Shown in pieces: positions 36,906-49,765 of a stretch of DNA of 64,000 bases; the first letter of the stretch is position 1; each line of letters opens with the position of its first letter. Origin of the DNA: Takakia lepidozioides (Eukaryota; Plantae; Bryophyta); contig CM060732.1 of the NCBI GenBank assembly GCA_030704615.1, positions 61,256,001 to 61,320,000 of the forward strand, written 5' to 3'. The translations under genes were made by a program, and so were the position numbers. The notes beneath the pieces are model-generated. The model searched no databases, was not told the origin of the DNA, and saw nothing but the letters and a program-made list of their open reading frames with translations.

Positions 36906-39399
36906 TTAAAATCCATAAAATTTCATGTATGAGTAAAAAAAATTCATACTCTATTCACGAGCTAAGTATTTTCTTGATGAATAAGTCTTTTCTTTAAAAA
37001 CACAAGATTGAAAAACACTTCTCAATAACTTACATGCTGATCAGAGGAAAGAGGGCCATAGTTGCAACCAATGCACATAGCACCATCCATGGCCTGAAAC
37101 AAGCATGAATGCATGATTAGCAAAGGCCTCATGAGTCATGAGAACCAAAGACTTGTCCACATCATGATGAGTGACTGCGACTGCCATACCCCAAAGGCGG
37201 GGGCGCCACCCCATTCACTCCAGCCCCCATCGCACGGCCCTCAGTCCCCAATCTCACCCATCGAGCCCGCAATCCCCCCCCCCAACCCCGCTCCCACGGC
37301 TATAGCTACTTCTCATTGTTCAAAGGAACCCCCAAGCCCGCTTCGTCGTCTCAGAGAAGCTTCTAAGGAGTGCCTCGGTGTTACCCAGGAGATACTAGTA
37401 TCGTACCCGGATGATTTTTGTGAGGTATTTATGTGATATTTAGGAGAGACCCTGTCTCTCAGGGGAGTTTCTCACAGACACCTCTGTGTTACCCATGCGA
37501 TACTGGAAATATATCCGGTTGATACTGATATTGATACTGATGTGTTACTCACGCGGGTAACAGACGATCGTCGTCTCAGAGTGAGCGTGAAGAAAGAATG
37601 ATGGCAAAATGTCTGTGCATTTGTGTACACGTCGAAGCTCAAGCAGAGAGCAGTTGTTTGCATTTCTTCAGAGTGAGAGAGACGTCTCTAGAATGAGCTC
37701 TTGTTGACGACATTGGAATCGAAGTATCTCAAAGCAAGAGGGATGGCTGAGTATCCATGAGGAGCGGTGATTGATCTCAGAGCGAGAGAGATGGCTGCGT
37801 ATCTATGAAGAGCGGCGCTTGATGTCGAACAACTGGGAGAGCAATTAATGTTTGCTTGAACTTTATTTGGAATTAGTTTTTCCTTGTAGCTATTGGAATC
37901 AGAGGTCATTTGTCTTTGAGAGAGAGCGAGAAAGCGAAAGAAATGGCTGAGTAGAGTGTCATGTATGAAGAAAGATCGCGTTATTGTTTGAGAACAGCTA
38001 GCGCCTCAAGTTTAGAGCCTATATTGTTGTATGCATTTTGTTGGAGTGCGGCGCTTTATCTGGAGGTAGCACTTCTTCAAGCCACTGGAATCTTATAAGT
38101 TCAGTCTTCGCTTCTGGATGCTCGTCGAGGCTTTTGGTGCATTCTAGAGTGTCGCAGCATACGTTTCTTGAATCCGGCTCACGACGTGGTAATTAGCTGT
38201 TCTGATTCGATTTTGAGGTGTTGATGCTGTGGTGATTTGACTGAGGAAATGGTGGTGTTAGGCGAGGAGAGACGTGCGTTTCTTGATTCCAGGCTTACGA
38301 TGTGGTAAACAGTGGATCTGGTTTGTTTATGAGGTGTAATTGCGACTGTAGCAAGTAGTTCTGGTTGGCTCATGAGCGTTGCGGCTCTGAAGTTGAGTGA
38401 GAAGAGGTTATGTGTATGTTGTTGTTGATACAGAAAGAGTGTAAGTTTGTGCACAATATTGTAATGAAGTTTGTTGTAACTAGTGATAGTTTTCTGTATA
38501 AGCGTATGACAGTTTTTGATTACTTGAAAATTGATCTACATGTACTAATTAGTATGATCACTTTCATGCAGGTGTTTTGTTCTTGTTCTTTTTTATCAAT
38601 GGAAAATGATGATCATTCAAACTAAAGTGCACAATTGGGGATTAGATTTGAATGAGGCTTTTGTATTTTTAGATACAAATGTGGTTTCTTATTTCATTTT
38701 AGGGATAGAAAAAAAAAGATTGCCTTATGAAGTTGTAGCGTGGTTGAGAGATAGGTTTACCGATGTTGTGTAGGTGTTACTCCTACAACCTTGGAAGAAT
38801 TGGGTCAATATTTTTCCTTAGATCACCCCATCATTAAAAAGTGTAGAAAATCTGACCACCTTCATCCAATAGTATATCATAGTACATCAATAGTCTATGT
38901 CCGACAAGTAGTAATGTTCCATGATTCCTTCTGATCTCATTTGAAAATGATGTTAAGATCTACTTTGAATGTTTGTACATTCAAGCATGCAATTTTCCAC
39001 AAGGAAATTGCATATTTTTTACCAATGACTTGGAATTCCAATTCTGAAAGTTTTGGAATGATCACAAGATATTTGAACATCTTGGAAGATTCATGGCAAG
39101 GATTGAGATTCCACATTATATGGATTTTATTACCACCCATGACATGTAGCTCAAGGTGAGGTTTGTAATTTCGTAGATGTAGGATGTGTATTTGATGATG
39201 TTTCCTTGTGACTTTGGATATGCCAGGGATGCATATGGTCCGCCAGCTTGAACTTGAAATGGCCGCGATCAGTGGCTCCGATACCAAAAATGGGGGCCAT
39301 GTTTCACCCACCAGGATAGATCTCCGTGTTCCTTCTTCAACATCCAACCCGTCAGTCGACCTAGTTTGGATGCTACATGACGCTGCAGCGGAAGCAGGA

Positions 39400-39618
39400 A
39401 AACATCATGACACCTAGACTGGACCCTGTAAAGTGTTATATGAGGTTCTGATGGAAAAGTTTGTGAAGTTTGGGGAGGTTTACAGTGTTACAGTCTATTC
39501 ATCCAGGAACTATGCATTTGTCAACTTCAGGAACCAGGAAGATGTTGTGGAGGCTAAGAAACGTCTGCAAGGTGTTAATCTTTGTGGGCTTGCTATGCGC
39601 ATTGCGTTTGCTAAAGGC
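39400..39618 (+). pseudogene. RRM exon resembling FPA/SPEN-family RRM1; truncated
   Basis: FVKFGEVYSVTVYSSRNYAFVNFRNQEDVVEAKKRLQGVNLCGLAMRIAFAKG, followed by gtaagt. The RNP2 region is disrupted and no downstream exons were recognised. Confidence 0.6.
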
Positions 39619-41049
39619 GTAAGTTCTACACACTTGTACACATATTTACAGAATGTTCTCCTTTGACTTCATTCCATAAGTGCAGAGGCGATGAAAATTC
39701 CGCCTTGGTTGAGTGCTCCCTCTTACAAAGAACCTCTTTTTCTCTTAGATTTCTAGCTGGAGTGTCTTGTCAGTAAATGGATCTAGTTCATTTAAAAGAA
39801 AGGTTGACCCCTGCCGAAGTGAGCGTAAAGTATGGTGTCTCTTCACTCCAAAGGCCTACTACCTCCATTGGGGGTTCATGTAAGTATATAGTGAAGGTTT
39901 GGATTCTTTTTCAACTTAGCAATTTCAATGGTTCGGTACGTTCTATGTTTTTGGCCCGTGACAATTGTTTAGAGAAGATATCGTGACCCCGTGTGAATCC
40001 GAGGCCTGTGGCACCTGCACTTCAACGACTCGATTATCTGTCATGTCAGCGTTCGGATGGTCACTTAGCTACTCCATAGGTTCTGGAAAAGCTCCGTTCA
40101 ACTCCCCACCTTCATCCTTTACTGTCTAATTTCTAGTGTGATCTCTCGTGATTGACCGATTACGTTTGCATGGGGCCGCTCCACTATAATCACTGCTCAC
40201 TCATTATTCTATTACTAAACACTTCAATGCAGGTAAAACGTTGTGTTATGATGTTTTTCTAATGTTGGAAAATTGATGAGACACCTGAGTCAAGAGAGAC
40301 TGTTAGAGTGTTAATCCCAATTGTAGTTGCTCTGTAATGGTTTCCATAAGTGACATGCTATTGTAGGAGGTGGAGTATTGAGATCCTAAATCCGTGGAGA
40401 TAATCCAATATTTTGAAACTCATTGTTTATCATTCATAATGTACGATATTTTGAACAAACAAATGCGACATTGGCTGAAGTAATTGTCATGATTGATAAT
40501 CAATAATTGTTTATTGCCTGTGTATCGGAATAGTAAAGAACATGTTTGAGAACTCAAAATTATTTACCAAAAAGAAACACATGTATATCAACTAATATTA
40601 TAATCCAACTTGCAAAACTTACTAAAGCTATGAGACTAATCCTCATTAGGGCTTCGCGTTGCTCCGCACTACTAACGACGAATTCTGATAACTATGTTCA
40701 CTTTTCACAAAAAAGAGGTGGGTCATCCCATGGTCTTACATGAATGCCATGTGAGACACCACACCAATGATGCTTGTTCCTGTATTTCATTGATTTGAGC
40801 ATTTGTTTTGGTTGGACCAGAAGTTGGTTTACTAGTGGTTCCCTAGGTTCAGACTGTTGACAAAAAATCTGTTTTATAGGTCCTTCTAATCACTCTACTA
40901 TCATTTATATCGAGGTGTCTGCATTGAACTCTTATATATATACATATATTCGAATGACGCTGCCCATATGTTGAAATATGTTGACATATAATGTTTAAAA
41001 AAAAAATGTTACCATAGGCCATACCGGTAGCCCAGACAACTTATAAATC

Positions 41050-42760
41050 ATATTAGGTTGTAAAGACCATTCCATATTTGTTCCATTTACACTTTGAAAT
41101 TTTCTGAGTACCCTACACCCCAAAATCCTAATTCTAATGTTCTTGTTTTATTCAATTTATTTCTACATGAATTGGGGTGTAACTACAACAGTCTAATGGT
41201 TGGGATATAGCATACTCGAATTTCTGGTGGGTGAATTCTTTAGACCCTTCGATCTTTCTGGGGCTCATTCATAGCTTAATAATTTATTCGAGCTTACCAA
41301 TAGTACCATGAACTATACTCATAATATTAATTTAAATGTTTCATGCGAGTCATCATTTTTCTGATGTCAGTACCTTGCTTGTCCACCTACCATTTAAATC
41401 TGAGTCTTTACATTGTCCTCACCCTAAACCGTATACCCTAAAACCTGATTCCAAGCATTCTTCTTACATTGGGCACAATAGAGTGGTTGGGATATTTCAT
41501 TCACAAATTTCATAGCTGACAAGTCATTTGCAGAATTTTTCATATTTTCTTGTCCATTCACACTGAGTATGTTTAGTACCCTGGAAAACCGTCTCTATAC
41601 CCTAAAACCTAATTCCAATGTTTGATGCTTATTTTATTTTATTTTATTCTAGTTTTGGGTATGGTCGAAGTCGTGGGGATATTTCATGAATTATTGTAGG
41701 TCCATGTAAATGCTGAGATTCCATAATTGTTTGTCCATTTACACTTTTCTAAACCTTAAACCCTAAATCCTAATTCCAATGTTTGATGCGCATTCTTCTT
41801 AAATTGGGCACAATAGAGTGGTTGGGATATTTTATTCACAAATTTGGAAGATAATAGGAATAATGTAAGAACTTAATGCACACGTGCAACATCTGACAGG
41901 ATGGTACGCCGGTTGCCGGCATGTCAAATCTTTCCCACCCTCTCTTGAGAGTGACATGGGACTGAAAGAGTGTCAACTCTAGTCTGGGTTACACGACTAG
42001 GGGTGTAACTCCACTTGGGGTTACATCGGGTTACACGACGAGGTGTGTAACTCCACTCGAGGTTACACAAAATGGAGTGTAACTCCAGTCAGTTAACCCA
42101 CAGTTGGTCTCGAAATTTGACTAAGTCCAAATGTGGCTAAGTATAAAGTGGACTATCGAGAGTTACATGAGAAACCGGGGTTACACAGGGTTAGATAGGG
42201 TTATACCAATTGGAGGGTTACATCGAACGGGGTTACACTACAAGAGCCTCCCATCAAGAATTGATCCCCAACCCTCGCCGCCTGCACCGCTTTCACCTTA
42301 CCATCACACTACCCACCACAGCTTGCAACCCACTTGGATTCTTAAGTATTTAATAATGAAACCGAGGTAAGAGGGGGTGGGGAGGATTTTACAGGGGTCT
42401 GCAGGAGGAGCCCAGGCTGCCGGAATCCGGCGAAAGTACCGTCAGATCACACGGGTCCATTGAGTTCTTACATTATTCCTATTATCTTCCGACAAATTTC
42501 ATAGGTGACAAGTCATCTATAGACTTTCCCCAATTTTCTTGTCCATTCATATTAAGTATGTTTAGTACCCTAGTAAACTCTATACCCTAAAACCTATTTC
42601 TAATATTTGATGCTTATTTAATTTGTTTTTTTCCAATTTTGTGATACGAAAGAATCGTGTTGGGATATTTGGTTCAAAGCCTTTATAAGTGACTCTACAA
42701 TACGCTCTTCCACATTATTTGCTTGTCATGCATACCTTTATGAATGATCTCTAAGTATTG
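41050..42760 (-). repeat. Degenerate tandem repeats related to 7480-8270
   Basis: Units contain accctaaaacctaattccaa, ttgtccatt and gttgggatattt. The revcomp of ~41711-41744 (gtgtaaatggacaaacaattatggaatctca) resembles 8225-8257. Confidence 0.7.
41846..42490. mobile_element. Mutator-like MITE
   Basis: The TIR ggaagataataggaataatgtaagaact is exact at both ends and extends imperfectly. The 9-bp TSD is cacaaattt/gacaaattt. The empty site is visible in the sister repeat unit at 41481-41530. Confidence 0.88.
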
Positions 42761-43155
42761 TGAAAATATGTAGAGCAGTTTCATTCGGGCCCTGATTCTA
42801 GAGTGGTCCAGGAATTACTGTGGCCCATGAATTAGAGTGGGGCGCCTATGTAGGAAGGCCACGTGTATTAAGGAATGAGATGATGTGATGCTTGATTCCG
42901 GCACCATGGGTTTGTTCCCCTTCCTCTACCGGACTTGACCCCATCTGGGGAATGTAGTCGGTAGAAGGGCCTGGCAGAGAAGACAGAATCTTGCTAAGAG
43001 GACGCCACAGACTCATACCTCCAACACTTTCATCCAACCACTCAGGCACACCGTTACGCCCAACGTACGCTCGCGTAAGACTCAAAAGCCACCACCCTCA
43101 CTGCCACGGCAGTGAGGCTTAAATAGTATTAGGTCATAATCTAATTCTAGTGCCA

Positions 43156-43461
43156 TGTGACACTTACACATAGGTCCACCAGATGTCCTTCAGCATAGCC
43201 ATAGAAAGAAGCCAGATCACCCAGTCCCATCCTAATCTGATCCTAAACTAGCTGTTAGAATAAGACAGCCCCTAATAAAGCCATCACAGCCCTAAAATAA
43301 GTGCCTAAAAGCCCAGCTGTTGCCAGCTCATCCTCATGCGCAAGGTGTAAGTCCATTCAGTTTTCATCCTGGCTTCGTCCATCCCTTAAATCATCCGGAG
43401 CGCATCCCTCCTCCATCCATCCATGTCAAAAAGTAAGGTGAGCAGGAATCCCAGCTCCACA
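43156..43461 (-). repeat. 3' LTR of the dUTPase Gypsy element
   Basis: Direct repeat of 56039-56301; the latter has small internal deletions and lacks the first 4 nt. Confidence 0.75.
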
Positions 43462-46400
43462 TATGTGATGCCTGCTAGGGCCACAAGGAACTGCGAGCTC
43501 CTGCGAGTGATGAGCTCAGGGAGAACAAAAATGAAGCCTAGCCAAAACAAGCTACACACCCGGCATACAAGGGATGAAATAAACCTAGGGAAGAAAACCT
43601 CACCCTGCAAGCTGGGTGGAGGACAAAACATCCCATAGGAAAAACCCTAAGTGCTACAAAAGGTGTAGAAAACTAGCACGAAATTCAAACACTGCTCTAA
43701 AGAAGAGGCTGTCAGATTGCGAGCTGTCCAAGCTGTGGGGGTGAAGATCACCTGACGGTTCTCAATATTCAAACATGTTAGATCAAAAGTAAGAGTGCAT
43801 GGAACAAGTAATGAAACATAATGGAGCTAGCTAAGTGAGGAGTAGAGACATGTTGTGGGAGCAAGACATACTGCCTGCCAAGAAGAATATCAGAGATAAG
43901 GTAAGGGCCATCAATTCGTCGTTTGGCCTTGGAAATCTGCTTACCAAGCTGGAGTCTCACACAAACAGACTGGCCTACCTTGAATGACTCAGAATTCACA
44001 ACACGGCGGTTGTAATTCTTGGCCTGAGCAGCTTGAGCAAACACAATGTTAGATTTGGCAGTTTCCCTCAAACTACGCCGTTTAGCATCCATGGAAAGCA
44101 AGAAGGTTTCCCAATTCTCAGGCTCAGTAGCCGAGACCTGCAGCCAAGAAATATGCAAAGGGGTTCTACATTTCCTACCAAACAAAAGTTCAAAAGGTGA
44201 GACTTTGGTACTGGCATGGATAGAGGTCCTATAGGCAAAGAGCAGAATAGACACAACAATATCCCATTCATCAATGAGTGTCCCATTCTTCTCGAGCATC
44301 TGGCATATAGTTTTGTTAAATTGTTCTGTCAAACCATTGCATTGGGGATTGTAGGGAGCAGTAACGGCATGCTTAGTGTTGAGATTAAACAAGACAATCT
44401 CCATAAGTTGGTTACAGAACTCTGTACCTTGATCCGCGAGGATTTCCAGGGGTAACCATGACGAAGAATCACCTTATCAAAGAAGAATTGCACCACCTCA
44501 TCACTATCCTTAGCAACCAGAGGTCGGAGCTCAACCCATTTCGTCAGGTAGTCCGTTGCAATCGCAAGGTATGCATGGCCCTTGGACGTGGATTTAAGGG
44601 GTCCGACTAGATCTAAGCCAACCCTGGCAAATGGTTCGGTCACCGGGATTGGCTGTAAAGGCAAGGGAGCATTGGTTCTAGGTATGATGGTCTTAGCATG
44701 ACAGGGCACACACCTTGCAATGAAAGCTGAGACATCTTTAACTAAGCCTTTCCAGTGGTACTGCTCCTATAATCTCGTGATAGTTTTAGCAACCTCCAAA
44801 TCGCCAGCATAAGTAGAAGCATGGTATAATTCAAGTAAAGCAGGGACAACGGACCTAGAAGGGACTTCCACAGCAGATGTACCTTCCAAAGCAGTGACTC
44901 TGAACAATCTCCCTTCACTTTCCCGGTGGCTGGGTAAGTGCCTCATGAGTAGCTTGGATATGCCATTAAGGTGGGTGCCGATTTTGCACCTATGGAGAAG
45001 AGCATCGTATAATGGATCATCCATGCCTACATCACTCATGGCCACACAACAACAGGTTAGTGCAGGCGAGAAGAAAGTGGCAGCCCCCGTTCTCTTCCTT
45101 TCGGAATCGTGACTTCATTTTCAGTTGGCTGCCTATGAGGAGGCAAGCAGACTGTAAGGCACAACTCAGTCCCTCGGTCAGGAAACAAACCAAGGCATGC
45201 GCAAGACAAGATGGGCAGTGCTAAGGTAAGGGAGCGTACCAGACCAAGCTGAAGGATACCAGACCAAAATGCATGCCAGGAATTTCAACCAACATCAAAC
45301 TGTAGAAGATCCCAAGTGTCAAGTAAATATGAAGGAACATAAGGATAAACCAACAAATGACACAAGGCATATGGGTCTGACACAGGTACAATAGAAAAGG
45401 GAGATCGTTCAGCAGGGGAGACAAGATCACTTAAGATAGTGTAGGGTGCAGGGATTTTGGATTCGCCTCTAGTCAAAGCATCAGCATCAACATTGTCCTT
45501 CCCACGCTTGTATGAGATGGTGAAGTCATAGCCTTGCAAAATTAGAGCCCATCTAGCTAACCTGCCAGTGAGTTCACGAGGAGTTAGCAAGGCTTTTAAA
45601 GGGAGATGGTCAGTTTCAATGGTAAAATGACAGCCATGCAAATACCGCCTAAAATATTTGACGCCAAAGATAACGGCAAGGCCTTCCTTGTCAGTGATGG
45701 AGTAATTGCGTTCATGTTTATCAAGGCGGCGAGAGGCGTAGGCGATGGCATGCTCTTGACCATTTTGAATCTGGCTTAACACAGCAGAGATAGCGAGATC
45801 ACTGGCATCAGTTTGCAAGAGAAATGGCAAGGTAAAATCAGGATAGGCAAGTACAGGAGCAGATGCTTCTCAAATGCTGATGTTTCTGCAGTACCCCAGA
45901 CAAAACGAGCATCCTTGGATAACAAGCGAGTGAGGGGAGCAGTTAACTTGGCAAACTGAAAAATGAAGCGACAATAGTAAGAACCCAAGCCCAAGAAGGC
46001 TTTAACGCATGTTTTATCCCGAGGGGCTAGATAGTTCCACACTGCTTGGATCTTTGCAAGGTCAGGGCTGATGCCAACAGCAGAAAACAGATGGCCCAAG
46101 AAATGGAGCTGTTCCATATAGAAATCACACGTCTTGGCTTTAACCTTAAGCCCAGCTGCACGAAGTCTGCACATAACCCGCTGTAAGTCCAACATATGGG
46201 CATCAAACGTGGTAGAGTAAATGTTGATGTCATCTATGTAAACCAAGGCACATTCCCAACGAAGGTTTCCTAAAACGATATCCATTAGGCGCTGAAATGT
46301 AGCAGTGGCGTTGCAAAGGCCAAAAGGCATGGTTTCAAATTGAAAGAAGCCCATCCTGCAGGTGAAGGCAATTTTCTCTTTAGCAGTAGCAGTTAAAGGA

Positions 46401-46982
46401 ACTTGCCAAAAGCCAGAGGCTAAATCTAAGGAAGAGAAAATAGTGGCCCCATTAAGTTGATCGAGCGTTTCATTGATGCGTGGCAAAGGGTAAACTTCCC
46501 TCTTAGTGATGGCATTTAAACGCCGAAAATCAACGCATAAACGGGTGGAGCCATCCTTCTTACCCACCAAGACAATGGGATTGGCCCAAGGGGATATGGA
46601 GGGGGGTGATGACACCAGCATCAAGCATCTTGGTAATCTCATCCTGAATGACCTTGCGTTCACGGACACTCTCCCTATAGGCATGTTATTTAATAGGCTT
46701 ACCATCCGTGATGATGTCATGATCCAGAAAGGTGGTGCGACCCAAGTCATGAAGCCCTTGACTAAAGATGTCGAGATTGTCACGGAGAAACTGGTGCAGG
46801 CGATGAATCTGCTGGGGAGCAAGGTGATCACCCACCTTGATATCCTTTAATATTTGCTGGAAATGTTGCTCTGCCTCAGGAGTAAGCGGGCCTTTGTCAG
46901 TAGAAACAAAGTGAGAGGCAAAGGCCTGGAGTTGGTCCACAAGGGAGTCCACCAGCCCAATATCATGAAGACTGAGACCTTT

Positions 46983-47300
46983 CTGAACATAGGTCAGCGC
47001 AGACAAAAGAGTAGCAGTGAGTCTAGCAAGGACCTGACCCCTACGCACACTGATGCTGATGCGTTCAGGATTAGCAAGAAGTAACCTGACCTCACCTTTG
47101 AAACCTCGGTCTAAAACCCCAGAAGCAATCAGACAGTGCTTTTGGAGGGTAAGTTTCTTCCAGCCCTCAATCCCAAGGAAACGACCTGCAGGGCAAGCAA
47201 AAGCTAGACCTGTAGGTATTATGCGCTGAGAAAAAGCAAGGATGATGAAGTCAACAGGAGAACGTAGCAAAAAAGAGTTCTTTGCCACGGGCAATGGAGG
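46983..47300 (-). CDS. dUTPase-like domain within pol
   Basis: FLLRSP..IIPTGLAFACPAG..LGIEG..ASGVLDRGFKGEVRLLLAN..SVRRGQVLARL follows the motif 1-4 spacing of trimeric dUTPases. It is in frame with the protease end (VLLGLDWM) and the RT lead-in. Confidence 0.8.
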
Positions 47301-49712
47301 TCCAGACTTCTTACCTGGTGGAGGGAATTGCCATTGATACAAGGTATCACCAAGTGGGTGGAACTGGCTGAACTTGGCCCAATTATAATGCAAACCCACC
47401 TGCTCCTTTATCTGCTCAACTTGAAGCTTGAGACGAGAATAGTTGGCCATAGAGGTCCCAGCAGCAATGGTAACATGGTTTAGATTCACCTTGTAGGGTT
47501 GCCCTTCACCATTGTGAAGACACATAATGTTATTCATGATGTCTATGCTGGCCTCTGCACCCTTCATCCAATCCAGACCCAGCAAAACTTGCTCACCCAT
47601 GGTGACAATGCAGGTTAGCAAGACAGTTTACCCACTAATGCGGATAGGTAAGGTGACTAACCCAATAGGTTCATAAGCCGTGCCATCAGCGATGGTAACC
47701 ACAAGGCCATAAGCAGAGCCAATCTTTAAGCCAAGAATGCGAACTGTGCTAAGTGGAATGGCAGACATGGTACATCCCGTATCAATAACACATGGAAAGG
47801 AAAGGTGGCCTACATGGCATTGTGTCATCAACGGGTGGATACGGTCCCGACTGACACGTTTATAGGCTTCACAATGCATGAGTTTGAAATCACGAGAAAG
47901 AACAGCACTTACCAGCGTGTTGGGGTTCTTACCATGGTCATCTGGCACCCTCACAGACGACCTAGTTCGTTTAAAGTACCCTGTTGTTTCTTCTCCCTTT
48001 ATAACTGTTCAATCAGGGCAGACAAGTTAGATTGGTAACGGCACCACCTGGTATAATGTTTGATGGACTTGCAAATCATGCAAGCCACCACTGAGGTCCT
48101 GGTGTCATGACGCATGCCAGCATAGGCCTTGCTTTGAGTCTCGGATTTGACAGGGACTGCAGGGTTCCAACCTACCTCAGCCTTGAAGGCTTGCAGTTCG
48201 CCCTGGATTTACGAAAGGATGACAATTCATGCACAATGGAATGGACCAGATCTGCTGCAATGCCTTTCACCCTAGGGTCCCCATCAGTAGGCTCTACACA
48301 GTGACTCTCACTAGCGAGATGAGTGTGTTTCGTGGTGGCAACTTTAGACAGGCCTGCCTTAGCAACTTTGAGACGTAATCGTTCTTCAATCAATTCCACC
48401 ATCTCATCTTTAGTGATGTAAGACTGTCTTTGCAAAAACACTTTCTCAGCAGGTGGCAAGCCTTTTACAAAACAATGTTTCAAAATAGCAGGTCTCTCTA
48501 ATGTAATCAAAACCAACTTACAAATTTCAGTTCGTAAATCAGTGTAGTATTTCCACACACTGTCGCCATAATGAAATTTTAAGTCTGGTGTGGTGTAAGC
48601 TATGGGCTTTTCCGCACGAAAGAATTTGCGAACCAACTCTCTAGCCTCGACCCACGTAAGATCAGTTTTGTCCTTAATGTTGGACTCAAATAGCTGCCTG
48701 GCCTCTCCCTCGAGACAGATCCGAAAGGACTTGACTTGGAAGCGTGGAGGAACTCCATTCATTTCAGTGTTGATTTCAAAAAATTCCAAGAAGGACTCAA
48801 AATCCTCCCCTAAGTTGTACTCAGGGTATTGCTGCTAATGCATTCGCTCTCCATGATCAGATTTTCGTGGAGTAGTGTCCGGAGCCTCAGATTGTTTCAG
48901 CAACATCTTCAAAAAGGGGGGGCAATTTGAAATCACCCCCATGGCTTCACACAGCTCGTCCAAATCAAATGTGGGCTGAGGCACTGTCGCGGCCCTTTGC
49001 CTTGAGGGCAGGGGGTCGGGACACGAGAGGGGCTGCCCCTGTGGTGGGGGCAGTGGCGACAATAGATGCGGGGGCTGAAGCACCCTTGAGTGCCCAAGGC
49101 ACTCAAGGAGGTAGAGGCGCTCACTAGGTGGATCCCCGCACACCGGATTGCGGTGGGGGTGGTTCCACGAGGGGTGGTGTTAGCTTAGTGGGACTTAATG
49201 GGGGTGGCATAGGACTCACCATGGGGGCGGAGACCTTGTGGTGGAAGTCGTGGGGAGTCTTGGGACTCATCACGGTCCAATGGGACCGTGGTGGGTGGGC
49301 CAAGACTCACCGCGACTCATCACCGGGAATCGAGGGTTTTCGTGGTGGTTCGCCATAAAATGGCATGGTTGTTTGTGAAACCCCCGCGGATAGTCACAGG
49401 AGTATATATAGGGAGTAGTAACCCTGAGAACGGTGCAAGCGTGTTGGTGACCAAAAATTAGCGAGTAAGCGTGCGAGCCGGAAAGCGACCAAGGTGTGGG
49501 GAGCTATTCTGGACTGCCATCGACCAAAGGAAATTTCCATTAGGCCCAAATTGGGAGAGGGTCTTGTGGAGGAGTAAAGGGGGACCGTTATGTCCCGGTG
49601 AGCAGCCGAAGCTCCGAGTCGGCCCGGCGGCCAGTTAGGGAGTTAGGCGCGCGCATCAAAGCGAGTAACTATGACTTGAAGGGGAGCTTACCGAAGTGAG
49701 GTGCGCGACACT

Positions 49713-49724
49713 TGGTATCAGAGC
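49713..49724 (+). promoter_or_regulatory. Primer-binding site (tRNA-iMet)
   Basis: TGGTATCAGAGC lies 2 nt after the LTR end. Confidence 0.9.
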
Positions 49725-49765
49725 TTAGAGTTCAGTACGCGATCGTCCTTGGGATCGGCCTCATC

